Under the pieces are notes generated by a model, which saw nothing but the letters and a program-made list of their open reading frames with translations, did no database searches and was not told the origin of the DNA. Positions 41,545 to 53,399 of a DNA stretch of 64,000 bases are shown in pieces; within the stretch, counting starts at the first letter, position 1; every line of letters starts with the position of its first letter. Source of the DNA: Flaccisagitta enflata (lineage: Eukaryota); NCBI GenBank assembly GCA_965153355.1, contig OZ231126.1:34906001-34970000 (forward strand). Reading direction: 5' to 3'. Both the position numbers and the translations under genes were made by a program.

Positions 41545-42296
41545 CACTTTTTCTTTTATAAGAAAGAGACTTTTTTATAAGAAACATGAGGCTGAGATTC
41601 ACTGAAAATTTAAGAACAAAATAAGAGACAGCTCAGGCTGACTTTTGCCTCAGCTAATTTTTAGCGTGCATGCGACTCTACACCCCGCTTTGTCCGTCCA
41701 TTGGTTGGTCGATCAGTTGGTCAGTCGGTTGGTCCCCATTTTACTTTTTTTATATATTTTATTTCTTTAAGTCATTCAAGTCAAGATTTTTAGGTTAAAC
41801 TAAGTCATTCTAAGTCATTCTAAGTCATTCTGTTACCAACAGATTCTGTTTGTCTCGCACGCGACTTTTAGGTGTAGGCCCTGTTTTTCCTTTTATTACA
41901 AGTGAGAGTAGTAAAAGTAGTAATAGTAGCAGCAAAAGTAGTAGCAGTATCAGTAGTAGTAGTAGTAGTAGTAGTAGTAGTTGTAGTAGTAAAAGTAGTA
42001 GTAGTAGTAAAAGTAGTAGTAGCAGTAATATTAGTTATATGTTAGTTGTAGAGTAGTACTAGCAGTGGTTGAGGTAGTAGTAGTAGTAGTAGTAGTAGTA
42101 ACAGTAGCAATAACAGTAGTATCAATAATAGTAATATCAGTAGTAGCGATATTCATATCATTGATAGTATTAGTAGTAATGGATTAAGTCAGGGAAAATA
42201 AGAACAAATTAAGAGAATTTGAGGCTGAAAATGACTTGGAATTTAAAAACACTCAGGCTGAGTTGAAAAAAGGTTGTCTCTTATAAAAAAAAAATC
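41545..42296. mobile_element. TA-flanked CAC-ended MITE containing a HINE and (AGT)n
   Basis: TA|CACTTTTTCTTTTATAAGAAA...TCTCTTATAAAAAA; GAGGCTGA/TAAGAACA motifs shared with 24951-25384; right end degenerate. Confidence 0.6.
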
Positions 42297-42589
42297 TACC
42301 CCACCGTCAACCCTATAAGACATAAGCATTATAAACACACAGTTTCATTGCATTGGCACAAATGGTAGTTATGATATGAGGGCCCCCGTATTTCCAAGTA
42401 TAGACGACATCTACTGTACCTTCCCACCCTTCTACCGTAAATAATTCCTCTCAGTTACTTTACCATGTCAAAGTAGATATTTTTGCTATTTCTTTGTCAA
42501 ATCTTGAAGGGCTTGGGCCACTATTTCACTCTTTAAGGCATATGTTCCCTGTTCGCCTAATTATGTCAGGGGTCTTATAACCACTGATG

Positions 42590-43072
42590 CACAGCGCAAT
42601 CTGTAGTGACATTAATGCCCCGGGGAATTCCCTGGAAATTCCCCCGTTACAATTATTCATAAGTGAACCGGGCATAGTCTAAAAATGTCAGAGTTTGATC
42701 CTGGGGAATTCCCCGGGGAATCCCCCAATTAGACTAACTTATTTTCTTCATTTCTAAACTAAATGGGGCATATGCCACATTAAGTCCCCTATTTTATCCC
42801 TGAAGATTTTCACGATAGAAATCGACCTGAAGAAAGCTACAAAAAAAAGGGTTTACTGATTTTTGACGAAGCATATTTGATTAAACAAAACTAAACTAAA
42901 TGGGGCATATGCCCTGTTAAGTCCCCGTTTAGTCTCTGAATCATTTTTTTCACTAACTTTTAACGGGGCATAGAACCGGGCATATTCAAACTCTAACTTT
43001 TTTTTACTGGGGACATTGGGGCTTTTGCCCGGGGCATTAATGTCACTTTTTTGTACTACAGATTGCGCTGTG
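42590..43072. mobile_element. 483-bp MITE, CAC...GTG termini, 2-bp TSD (CMC/EnSpm-like)
   Basis: TG|CACAGCGCAATCTGTAGT ... ACTACAGATTGCGCTGTG|TG; internal GGGGCATATGCC repeats; left-truncated relative at about 17638-18714. Confidence 0.8.
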
Positions 43073-43891
43073 TGATTTTATTAAACAGCTTGCGACCCTC
43101 AAAAAAGATAGAAAATAACAAGCAGGTAAATTCAAAATGATAATAATCAGGCTTAAAAACATACCAAGTCTAGATATCATATTGCTAATTTTCAATTGTA
43201 GTTGAAAAAAAGATGGAAAATGGTAAAATTTGCTAGGAAAGCAATTGTTTTCTAGATAGTAGATAAAATTAGCTAACATTAGCTAGATTGGCTAGATTTT
43301 TTTTCAAAAAAATTGCTAAAATTAGCTAGGAACAGCTAGATTCACAAGGTGTATCAGAGAAAATCGCTAGATAATTCGCTAGTAGCTAGATAGCAAAAAG
43401 TTATCGCGAGTAGGCCCCAAAATTCACTAGAAATAGCTACAAAATGGCTAGTTTCCCAGCAGATTTCTTATTCTCTCTCACACTTTTCCTCTCTTATTTT
43501 CTTTCTTTCCCGGTCGGTCGCTCAGTCGCTCGCTCGCTCGCTCGCTCGCTCGCTCGCTCGGTCAGTCGGTCGCTCGCTCGGTCGCTCGCTCGCTCGGTCG
43601 CTCGCTCGGTCAGTCGGTCACAACCGTTCTTTGAAAAAGATCGGCTAATCAGAGAGGGGAAACTTTTAAGAGCGGTTTGGACATGCAGCAATCAGCGACA
43701 AGCCGACAGCATTGAAACCGTTCATAAATTGTCCTCTTCTCTTTGCCTCCTCCCTCTTCCTGATATGAAGAGGAATAGCTCATGATTTTCGATTACTGAA
43801 CAAGTGCTTTTAGAATCCTCTTCCTTTCGACTATCAGTTAACACGGTGTACTCCTCTTCCTGCTCTATTGAAAGAGAATGAAGAACGACTG

Positions 43892-43963
<72 letters not shown>

Positions 43964-44169
43964 TGAATTCCGTCTCTCAAATCTTCTTTTAGTTTTTTAA
44001 TTTTTTTTAATTTTTACTACTATAAGAACGTTATATTCTTAATTGCGCAACATCGAAGTTTTATATTTCATATTTGTTGGTCCGCCCAATTTATGCAAGA
44101 CCTTTTTTCATTATTTACAGACTGGTAGGCACTAACACTGGGCCTAGACTAGCGATTTTCTCACTTTCA

Positions 44170-44512
44170 ATGCCGGGCGTCGTCCCTCCCCGTTCGGATT
44201 GTAGTCTCCCTCCGACGCTGTCATCGACTTTTCCCATGGAGGGCGCCTCAGTGATGGCGTCTCCATCTGTGCCTCCGCCAACTCCCGACTCCGCTGCCAC
44301 GCTTCAGGCTCTCGACGCTCTTTTAAACGAATTCTTTTCTCCGTCAACGAAAAACGAACGGAAGCGAGAAATCGAGACGTTACTGAACGATTTCGGAGCT
44401 CAAAAAGATTCCTGGAGAATGGGTTTTTACTTCTTAGCCAATTCGACCAACGAATACGTAATGATGTATTCCATGACTGTCGTCGAAAATGTTATCAATA
44501 AAAGATGGCAAG
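44170..44512 (+). CDS. XPO6: Exportin-6, first coding exon (start ATG uncertain: 44170, 44236 or 44254)
   Basis: TLQALDALLNEFFSPSTKNERKREIETLLNDFGAQKDSWRMGFYFLANSTNEYVMMYSMTVVENVINKRWQG closely matches the recalled XPO6 N-terminus (SLRALESLMTEFF...NERKREIEELLNNF...NDYVMMYSLTVFENLINKMW); gtaatc donor at 44513; possible acceptor (ttatttacag) ending 44120. Confidence 0.92.
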
Positions 44513-44932
44513 GTAATCCTATCCATGTTTTTCGTAACTACACTTTCTTTTACAAGAACGTCACTTTTTTCTTTAAATATAAGGTAGTTTCAAGTTCATA
44601 AGTTGTTTTCAAACCTTTAATTGCTGGCGATGTCAGGGGCGTTCCCCTTGATATCGTACACAAAATCTGACTGACGGACCGTTTTTTTTTTTGTTTTTTT
44701 TTTTTTTTTTTTTGCCTCTTGACTTTCCTTTGCAAAAAAAAAAAACGTTCTTAATTGAGTTTATATTCAAAGGGAAAATGAAGGAAAATATCAATGAAAC
44801 TATAGGGCAGGTCTTAATGTTTCAAGTGAATGTGAAGATCAATGGAAATAAAATAAAACACGCTGTAAAAACAAAGATTTACACAACAATATCCATGGAA
44901 AAATGAAGCGTTTTAATATCTTTATGTCAGGG

Positions 44933-45447
44933 TTGGGTGCTTCACATAGCAAAAGTTGCTTATTTCTTTTCGTTCTCTTTACCTAATGTGGAGTGACCAA
45001 TTTTAAGACCCTTACCATTTTTCTTTTATCAAAAATCGCTTATCTTCCGTTTTTTAGAAAATTGTTTTTGAGAGCCTAATTTGTATATTGCAGTGGGATA
45101 AAAAGATACGCTGATCTTCTTTAAATTAGCTTATACAAATTTCTGCTCTTTAAAGAATTGTTAATCTGCCTTTTCACAAGCTCTTTCGTAAGTTATGCTC
45201 TGATATTTTAATTTATTTTTACAGAAATAATGATTTTCTTAAACAAACAATTGTTCCTTTTGTAACAAGACAACACAGGATTTTGCTGAATACTGGGAAA
45301 TCTGAGAAAACTTTAAGGCCAAAATAAAAACGGAAGATGAAGGAATTTTGAGAAAAGGAAAACGGTCATCTTCATGATTTTTTTCACTCCATATTAGGTT
45401 AGCGGAACGAGAAGAAAAGCCAATTTTTTGCCATACGAAGCGGGCAA
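44933..45447. mobile_element. TTGGGTGCTTCAC-TIR MITE, 9-bp TSD (MULE- or hATm-type), in XPO6 intron
   Basis: Exact TSD ATGTCAGGG at 44924-44932 and 45448-45456; internal sequence shared with 6213-6495 and 40781-41541. Confidence 0.85.
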
Positions 45448-46712
45448 ATGTCAGGGCCATTTTCTTCGCAGCGTGCTCACTATGGCCCTAAATGGTCACT
45501 TTTCCAGCTCCCAGGCCTAATTGAAGCCTAATTACCTATAACCTCAACCTTCAAACTTTCTACCCCGAACCTATGATCTAATTGACTCAGGACCGACTGT
45601 CCCATGACATGTTACGCATGAGGCCTCGACTTATTCGTCTGAAAAAACTACAGGTTTCGGTTGCCGGGTGTGCCAATATGCAATACATAATGCTATGGAG
45701 ATAACACACTAGGACAACTTGGGGCTACCAATTTTAACATAACGCCTTTACCGTTTTTCTTTTTTTCACATTTTGCTTATTCTTTTTTTTTTTTTTTTTG
45801 CATAACCCCTATTTTGCCCACCTAATTTTCATATTGTTGTAATCGTGTTATTGACTTATTTTCATTTCCTGTATATGTCTAGTTCGAAACATTTTTATTT
45901 TACCATGAGGTGTACCATACTACTAAAAAAAAGAGACGCACTTTTGAATCACCTATTTTGCCCATGAATCTTAGAAAAAGTTGTAAAAATGTTAGATCAT
46001 TTGAAAGCTCTTTGAAAGAACCTTCACTAGGCGTCAATCTGGTATTGCTATCTTTTTTCGTTTAGAAATGGCATTGATTTGAGTGAAAACATTGCCCATT
46101 TCAGTTTCGCAATTCTCATGTAAAAATGCATTTTAGCAAATCAGTGCTTCTCTTTGCAGAGTTCTAGCTCCCAAACTGAGATTGAGATTGAAATACAAAC
46201 CTAAGATTGGTCTAGATGGAAAGATAATTTGAAAATCTTTCAAAATGTCTGTTTTGAAAATAGTTAAAATTGATTTTTATATCTATTTCCTCAATCAATA
46301 AACAGGTGCGTCTTTTTTTTTTTTTTTTGGATCCACGTGGTAACACTGAACAGCAGCTTACTTATTTTATCGTATCAGAAATCTATAATTGTAGAACGGT
46401 ATCCCTATGAGCCAACTATATGTCTCTTGACAAACAAGAGAGCGGACATGTCTCAAAAAAAAAGTTTGCCAATCGATTTTTGAAAAAAAGGATACCACCG
46501 ATCGTCAAAATTGTCCAAATTCTCATTTTGAATGACGGTCATCACCCTCTATTTGGCACACCTGACTGCCGGGTTGCATCTTCCAACATTTCAGCCGCTG
46601 GAACAGCCTACATTTATCAGTGTTGTGTTTTGCCTAGTTAAGACTACATGACATGATTTATTTAAATCTATTATTCGATATATTAAAATTGCTGAAATTT
46701 CCATTAACTTAG

Positions 46713-46933
46713 GTTTGGATACGGAGACAAAAACTCAGATCCGCACAACATTAACGTCTTTCTTACTCGAACGGCATGCTCAGTTGCTCTACTTCGTAAA
46801 GAATAAGCTCGCCAAGTTAATAGTCGACGTTGGAAGGCACGATTGGCCCCATTTCTATCCCGACTTCATGGATAACATCTTCTCGTTGATTCAGACACCG
46901 TCAACTTCTCTGTTGGGATTAGTATTACTTCAG
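46713..46933 (+). CDS. XPO6: Exportin-6, second coding exon
   Basis: AG acceptor at 46711-46712, phase 1 compatible; reads GLDTETKTQIRTTLTSFLLERHAQLLYFVKNKLAKLIVDVGRHDWPHFYPDFMDNIFSLIQTPSTSLLGLVLLQ (XPO6: YFIRNKLCKVIVDIGRQDWPMFYHDFF); GT donor at 46934. Confidence 0.92.
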
Positions 46934-48743
46934 GTTCGTCTTTACTAATGGTGAATCATCATGACTAATGATTATAGTACGCGACTGTGATAGCCATTTA
47001 GGTTCACAAACTTGCTTGGAAAAATATTATTATCTGAAGAAATGTCACATAGATTGCATGGTAGCTTCCAAACGAGATTGGTCCCATTTAAAAGATCTAT
47101 GTGCGGTAGCTCCATTTTTTAGCAGCTATCTTCCATCATACTAAATTAACCCCCGGTATAATTATGACGGATCCAAGAGTTATTGATATCTGCCTATACT
47201 GGATCTAAAAACTTAGTCCCTTCAAGTCAATTTCTTTTCATTTCTATGTTGGCAATAACAGAATTCTGCTTGTACAGTCAGTGGACAAAACAAAATAGGT
47301 AGAGGGCTCACTTTGTTAGTTTTGATCCAACCTACTGTTATCAAAATTACAGCCGGCTGTTATGCTACAAAGTCGCCAAAAATACAACTTTCACCAAATA
47401 GAACGAGATTTGCAAATTCATAATCCTGGTGAAATTCTGACAAGTTTGATATATCATAGCATATAATTTTATGTGAAAAAAAATTTTATTCAATGTTTAA
47501 TAAAGTTATAAAACAATGTTTAATGATTTTTTTTTTTATAAAAAGTGCTAAGTGTGACATGTCAAACTTCTAAGAATTTCATCAGGATTATGAATATGCT
47601 AGTCAGGCTCTAATCTATTTAGGTTGGATTTTTGCTGACTTTGTAAGATGACAGCCAGTGACAGCCGGCTGTAATTTTCACAACCAGTTGTTAAGTCAAT
47701 GGACCAAACGAGAAAAATAGATTATGCTGATCACCAGTTTGATGCTTAGGCATAGTTGATTTTAAGATGTATGCTTGTAATTACTTCATAGAAAATGACT
47801 GAGGACTGAAAGAAACTAACGCAAGAACGATTACTACAGGTAGTAATTGTTCTGTTTTAGGCATGGAGGGAATATTTGGAAGTCCGAAATATTTCGGACA
47901 AATAATGCATTTTTTCTGTTCTTTCGGATTCCCACAAATAATTTCATTATTCCTCCGAATTATCCCAAATGTTTTGGCAACTGGCTAAAAAACAATGACT
48001 GTGCTCACTTCTACTTTAAAGGTATCACACACAATCAAGCTTTTAAAACTATTAAATTGAACATTTTTTCAATAATTTCACAAAATTCAAGATAACATGA
48101 GGTCACAGTATTGTCGCGGACGGGCGAGCAGAGGGGTCTAACCTCCATGCACACCTCACGCGCCCTCCCCCCGCCGACGGCATACGCATTTACAAAAGGT
48201 ACTTTTTAACGCTAGTTTTCCCACTTTCTGACTTGTGCTTTTGCGGAGCGCGGATGGACCAACAGACGTATGGACAAAGTCTTTTTTAGTCGCTAGTCCG
48301 CAAGCATTGTTGTAGTGATGCAAATGAGAACAACTAACTTGGTGTAAAGAAATCATTATGGATGGGTGGATGTAAAAATAAATTTTTTGTTAGATTTTCC
48401 CAAACGAGAAAAAGATAACGTTAAATTTCTTCATCACTCACCGCTTAAAATGACGCAGGTAGTGAAACTTTTCTGGGTACGCAATTCTGGCTTCTGGGTT
48501 GGGTCATGGCACTGTCCCATTGTAAGGGACGAGCTACAACTTCAAATATCTAAGGCTGGGTGCGCATCTCATTTAAAAAAAACTCGCCCCCTGAAGTGTT
48601 GAGTCATTGAAGGCGCAATCACCGATTCAGGTGTTTCGGGTTTTGCTCGCCAGAGATTTGATTTCTCTCAGCCGTCAGGCTTTAACTGCAGTTATCATTT
48701 TAGGTGCCACAGTTACCATTACACCGGCTGTGTCCAGTGCACC

Positions 48744-48753
48744 NNNNNNNNNN
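48744..48753. other. Assembly gap (10 N)
   Basis: Run of n in the sequence. Confidence 1.
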
Positions 48754-50561
48754 ACTCCGTACCCACTTGTTGATGCCGCCAAAGAGCGTTTGCAAAATCA
48801 TCTGTGGTATCTATCTGAGGAGATAACACCCCTAGTACTGGCATCGTCACTGATCACTTACACAGAACTGCGCGTGTTGTCGTGGTACACTCATTATAAT
48901 GAAATGTCATACAAATTTTAATAGTAAAGTCTTACGCACTAACCATTTGATGATCAAATGAATGTAGTAGTGCAGAAAAGTAGGCATTTAAAGACACCTC
49001 AGGAACCCAACTACACACTTGCATCACAAATTGGAGAACGATCCCCACACTTTTTCGCTACACTTGGAGTCGGTACAGTTGGCTCGACGAACCAATTGAA
49101 ACCTGGCTGGAGAATCCTGATTAGCACAAGCAACACAAATTTGCCCATCATCTTCAGTAGACAATTCCACAACTGAACGTATGATCCGGCGCACGTTTTT
49201 CTATCGCAACTTTAACTTGTCATCCAAGGATCGTACATGGTCAGCGGTACCTGATGCCCTGCTTGGAGTGATCAAGTGAAGTAGTGGAGTGAGAGGACAC
49301 GGGGGTGAATTTCGAGATGTCCTGAGGCAGATTTGAAGTCAGGATGGCAGAATTTAGTCCAAAAGAGCAGATTTGAGGTTTGGGGGGCAGGCTTGAGGCC
49401 TAGAGGACAAATTTGAGGCCTGAAGAGTTGATTTGAGGCCTTGGAGGACGGATTTGAGGTCTGGATAGCTGATTTGAGGTCTGGAGGGCAGATATGAGGT
49501 CTGGAGAGCTGATTTGAGCTCTAAAGGGCTAAATTGAGGTCTGAAAGGGCTAATTTGAGGGCTCAGAGGGCCAAAATCAGGCCTGAGACTGCAGACTTGA
49601 GGCTCCATTGGTCAAGGGGGGGGGGGGGACGGAAGGCTGGTATTTGAGCCTTGAGACTGGAATTTGAGCCTCAAGCCTGAAATTTGAGCCTTGAGGCTGG
49701 AATTTGAGCCTTGAGGCTGGAATTTGAGCCTTAAGGCTGGAATTTATGCCTTGAGGCTGGTATTTGAGCCTCAAGGCTGGGGTTTGAGCCTTAAAAGAGG
49801 GGGGACATACGGAGATGAAGGAGAAGGAGAAATTTCCCCAATGTGTGAAAGCATAAGTCATTGGCCCCTTTGGGGCCGCTGCCCAAAAGGGGACCGACTG
49901 ACTGACTGACCGACCGACCGACCGACCGACCTACCAACCGACCAACCGACCAACCGACCGACCGACCGACCGTCCATCCGACCGACCGACCAACCAACTA
50001 ACCGACCAACCGACTGACCAACCAACCGACCGACCAACCGACTGACGGACATAGCGGGGTGCAGAGTCGCGTAGCACGCGACTAAAAAGCTGGCTTACTG
50101 AGTGAAACTGGGTTTGTTCCACCTGAAATAGTATAGATAACCACTTTCTCTTATGCGCTTGGTCGGAATTATATCCAAATTAGCGATTTCACCATAACCG
50201 GAAGTGGCGCGCCGATAAAAGGCGTCATTTTTCGCCATCTAGCGTCAGTCAAACTCATTTTTGACGCCGGATTTGGATTCTACGTCAACAAGGTCAACAA
50301 ACCTTAGTCGCGTGGTAATAAGGGTAATAAAGGTAATAAAGGTAATTAAGGTAATTAAGGAAATTAAGGTAATAAAGATAATGAAGATAACTAAGTACCT
50401 AAATCTTCCTATAATTACCCACATTTACCTACAACTACCTGTAAATACCTATAATTACTTACAATTTGAAAAAGAGAACGAATTTTCAATGATGCGTTTA
50501 AAGTGTAATGAAGGAATGATAAAATCAACGACAGTTTTGAAGCATTTGTTAAACATGGAAT

Positions 50562-50596
50562 CGTCTGACTAGTTTCACATAAGCTCTTCAGAGACG
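50562..50596 (-). ncRNA. Minimal type I hammerhead ribozyme (inverted copy)
   Basis: Exact reverse complement of 50882-50916, inside a ~130-bp inverted repeat. Confidence 0.85.
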
Positions 50597-50881
50597 TTTC
50601 TAGGCAAAAAGAAAAGAAAAATTGATTAACAGATAGTAACAAAATATTCATTACTACTTAAATCAGTCCAAAGTTTCGAGGATAGACGCAAAAATGCATG
50701 AAAATCCAAAGAAAATGACTTGGAGAAGATTGAGGGAAGAAATTCAAATGGATTCCAACTGTCAAAATGATGCAGAAGAGAGAAAAAAGAGCATCAAATA
50801 TGATCACAGGTGTCACTGTAATGGAGAGATTGACTTTGTTACTATCTGTTAATCAATTTTTCTTTTCTTTTTGCCTAGAAA

Positions 50882-50916
50882 CGTCTCTGAAGAGCTTATG
50901 TGAAACTAGTCAGACG
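50882..50916 (+). ncRNA. Minimal type I hammerhead ribozyme
   Basis: CGTCT-CTGAAGA-GC(TTAT)GT-GAAA-C(TA)G-TC-AGACG: stem I CGTCT/AGACG, CUGANGA and GAAA cores, short stem II, palindromic minimal stem III, GUC triplet ending 50911. Confidence 0.85.
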
Positions 50917-51407
50917 ATTCCATGTTTAACAAATGCTTCAAAACTGTCGTTGATTTTATCATTCCTATATTACTTACAATTACATTAAATTACCATAAAT
51001 TATCTATGATCACCTATAATTACCCATTATTTCCTATGTTTCCTACAATTACCTCAATTTATAGTCCAAGACAACTTTTCTGACTTTTATTATACAGATT
51101 ACTAAAATACCCATATTTACCTATAATTACCTAGAATTACCTAAAATTACCTATAATTACTATAAATTACCTATAATTACCTTTAATAACCTTCAATAAC
51201 CTTTAAAACGACTATAAAGCCTATATTTCAAAAAAGTTACCGACCGACCGACCGACAGACAGACAGACCGACCGACCGACATAGCGGCTTCTAGAGTCGC
51301 GTTCACGCGACTAAAAATTATGTTGGAATCAGTATAGAATTCGGATTTTTGCCCAAGAAACATAAGCTATTGCAGGGTTACAAAAGAATTTGTCCAAAGA
51401 TTTATCT

Positions 51408-52311
51408 AACAAGCCCGATCAGGCAACGATGCGTCCTCTTCTTTTCTCTATTTAGAAGGAATTTCACGGATTTTGCATATTGCAGTTCCTTTTGTTAACA
51501 TCACTTTTCATGGTTAAAGAATACATCATTCTATAAATATACCAATTAACAAAATATGCATTTCTTGTTCTTTGAATTAATACTTAAATAACATTAAAAA
51601 AAAAAGAACCAATACTGTTAAATGGTAAGAGACCAGATTTATATGATAATTGACCAACAAGTTCAAAGACTCTAATATAAAAAAAAATGAGTTCTGGAGG
51701 TGGGAGGGATGGGGGCAGAATCCTGGCAGTCAGAATTAAAGATATGGGGGATGATTTCACATAACTCAAGAGATGCGAGGACGCATCTAAAAATGATAGG
51801 GAGGGGTTGTTGGTTGATTTGAGATGGATACTAGTGATTTTTGAACATGTGTAACGGAGAGACGGACGGACAGACCCTCTTATAGAGATGCGAGGACGCA
51901 TCTAAAAATGATAGGGAGGGGTTGTTGGTTGATTTGAGATGGATACTAGTGATTTTTGAACATGTGTAACGGAGAGACGGACGGACAGACCCTCTTATAG
52001 AGATGCGAGGACGCATCTAAAAATGATAGGGAGGGGTTGTTGGTTGATTTGAGATGGATACTAGTGATTTTTGAACATATGTGTAACGGAGAGATTGACG
52101 GACAGACCTTCTTATAGAGATGCGTGAGGACGATCTAAAAATGATAGGAGTGTTGCTAAGGATTTGAGATGGATACTTCAGTGATTTTTGAACATGTGTA
52201 CCTGAGAGACGGACGGACAGACCCTCTTATAGAGATGCGAGGACGCATCTAAAATGATAGAGGGGTTGTTGCTGATTTGAGATGATACTTCAGTGATTTT
52301 TGAACATGTGT
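51408..52311 (-). mobile_element. HINE-like family C with tandemly amplified 115-bp terminus
   Basis: AACAAGCCCGATCAGGC-AAC-GATGCGTCCT end; hairpin AGATGCGAGGACGCATCTAAAA repeated about 5 times at 115-bp period from 51769. Confidence 0.75.
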
Positions 52312-53097
52312 TCGAATACACTTGTTCTGAAAACGTCATCAACTTCTAGATCTTATATCTCCTATAAACGGCATTTTAAAGAGCTGTGTCTGCTCTTTAA
52401 AATGAGCCCAAGTTGAGCTCAATCGCTCAATTTATTCAGGAGAAATAAGCTTAAGATTTAAGGGTATTGTATTATTAAATAACATCAACTTCTGGGAAAC
52501 ATATCTCATATACAATTCCCTTGAGTGAGCTCCACTTGAACATTTACAAAGAGCTGTGTCTGCTCTTCAAATGAACTTATGTTAATCTGTACTCAATTTG
52601 TTCCAGAAGATATAAGCAAAAATAGGAAGGTACAGTAGGCGCTGCTGCCTTGTCATCACCCTATTTCGCGTCATTTCCGATTCTTCGTCATGGTGTTAGG
52701 TCCGGGTACTATGGGCATAGTGTTAATTTCCTCCGATTCAGCGTCACCTGATTTGACGTCCAAACCCTATTGACCGTCCATAAATTTTGGTCCCAATTAC
52801 CACTTTCTTCCTATTTATCGACCCTCCGGTGAGGGCTCCGATATGGGAACAATGCACCATATGCTTCGATATGAGAACAATACACCATGGAGAGAGAGAG
52901 AGAGAGAGAGACAATACACCAATACACGCGACTTTTTTCATGAACAAGAATGCCGACGAATTTATCTACACCAGCTAAGATCTCAACTTGCCTGAACAGG
53001 GTGAGCATGTAAATACTTTGCTTTACTTTGCAACGAATCCATATCGCCGTGTTGTATTTGTTGGATTGCGCTGTATGCCTTCTTTCACTCACAATAA

Positions 53098-53364
53098 GGG
53101 CGTGTTTCTAGTGAGCGCCAAAAACGCGTTTGTTCCCGTGAAACGCGATAACAGCGTGAACACATATTCAAGATTTTCAACTGTCCCAGGAGGGAGTGAG
53201 CAAAGTGAGTGAGCGAGCCCGTGAACAGAGTGGAGCGAAGCGAGCGTAGCGAAGTGGACCCCTGCGATGCAAGTGAGCGGAGTGAGCAGTGTGAGCGAAC
53301 GAACGTAGCGAGCGACCGAGTGGCCCGTTCAAAACACGGTTATCTGTGACTAGAAACGCCCTCT
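53098..53364. mobile_element. Small TIR element rich in GAGCGA repeats nested in the Tigger relic
   Basis: GGGCGTGTTTCTAGT / ACTAGAAACGCCC, TAA near both ends; decayed relative in reverse at about 2600-2830. Confidence 0.55.
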
Positions 53365-53399
53365 AAATGTCATTCAATTCAGCTAAGTTCCCAAATGAG

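Larger units (their letters stand above)
40384..42416. mobile_element. Tc1/mariner/pogo-type MITE with TA TSD, expanded by nested insertions
   Basis: TA|CAGTAGATGTCGTCTA.ACTTGGAAATA ... TATTTCCAAGT.TAGACGACATCTACTG|TA; the empty site (single TA) is visible in the paralogous repeat near 27915-27932. Confidence 0.9.
50467..50968. mobile_element. Truncated Penelope-like retroelement insertion (inverted pLTR fragments)
   Basis: Inverted arms about 50512-50643 and 50835-50966, each with a hammerhead; flanked by direct ATTACTTACAATT (50454-50466, 50969-50981); no RT or GIY-YIG ORF recognised. Confidence 0.65.
50287..51316 (-). mobile_element. HINE family A copy with internal 9-11 bp repeats, hosting the hammerhead insertion
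   Basis: AACAAGGTCAACAAACCTTAGTCGCGTG ... AGTCGCGTTCACGCGACTAAAA; absent from the paralogous T-run at about 11245-11251; no TSD. Confidence 0.8.
48754..51407 (-). repeat. Near-identical inverted copy of about 11155-13318
   Basis: Colinear reverse-complement match starting at the assembly gap; differs by presence/absence of two HINE-like insertions and small indels. Confidence 0.92.
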
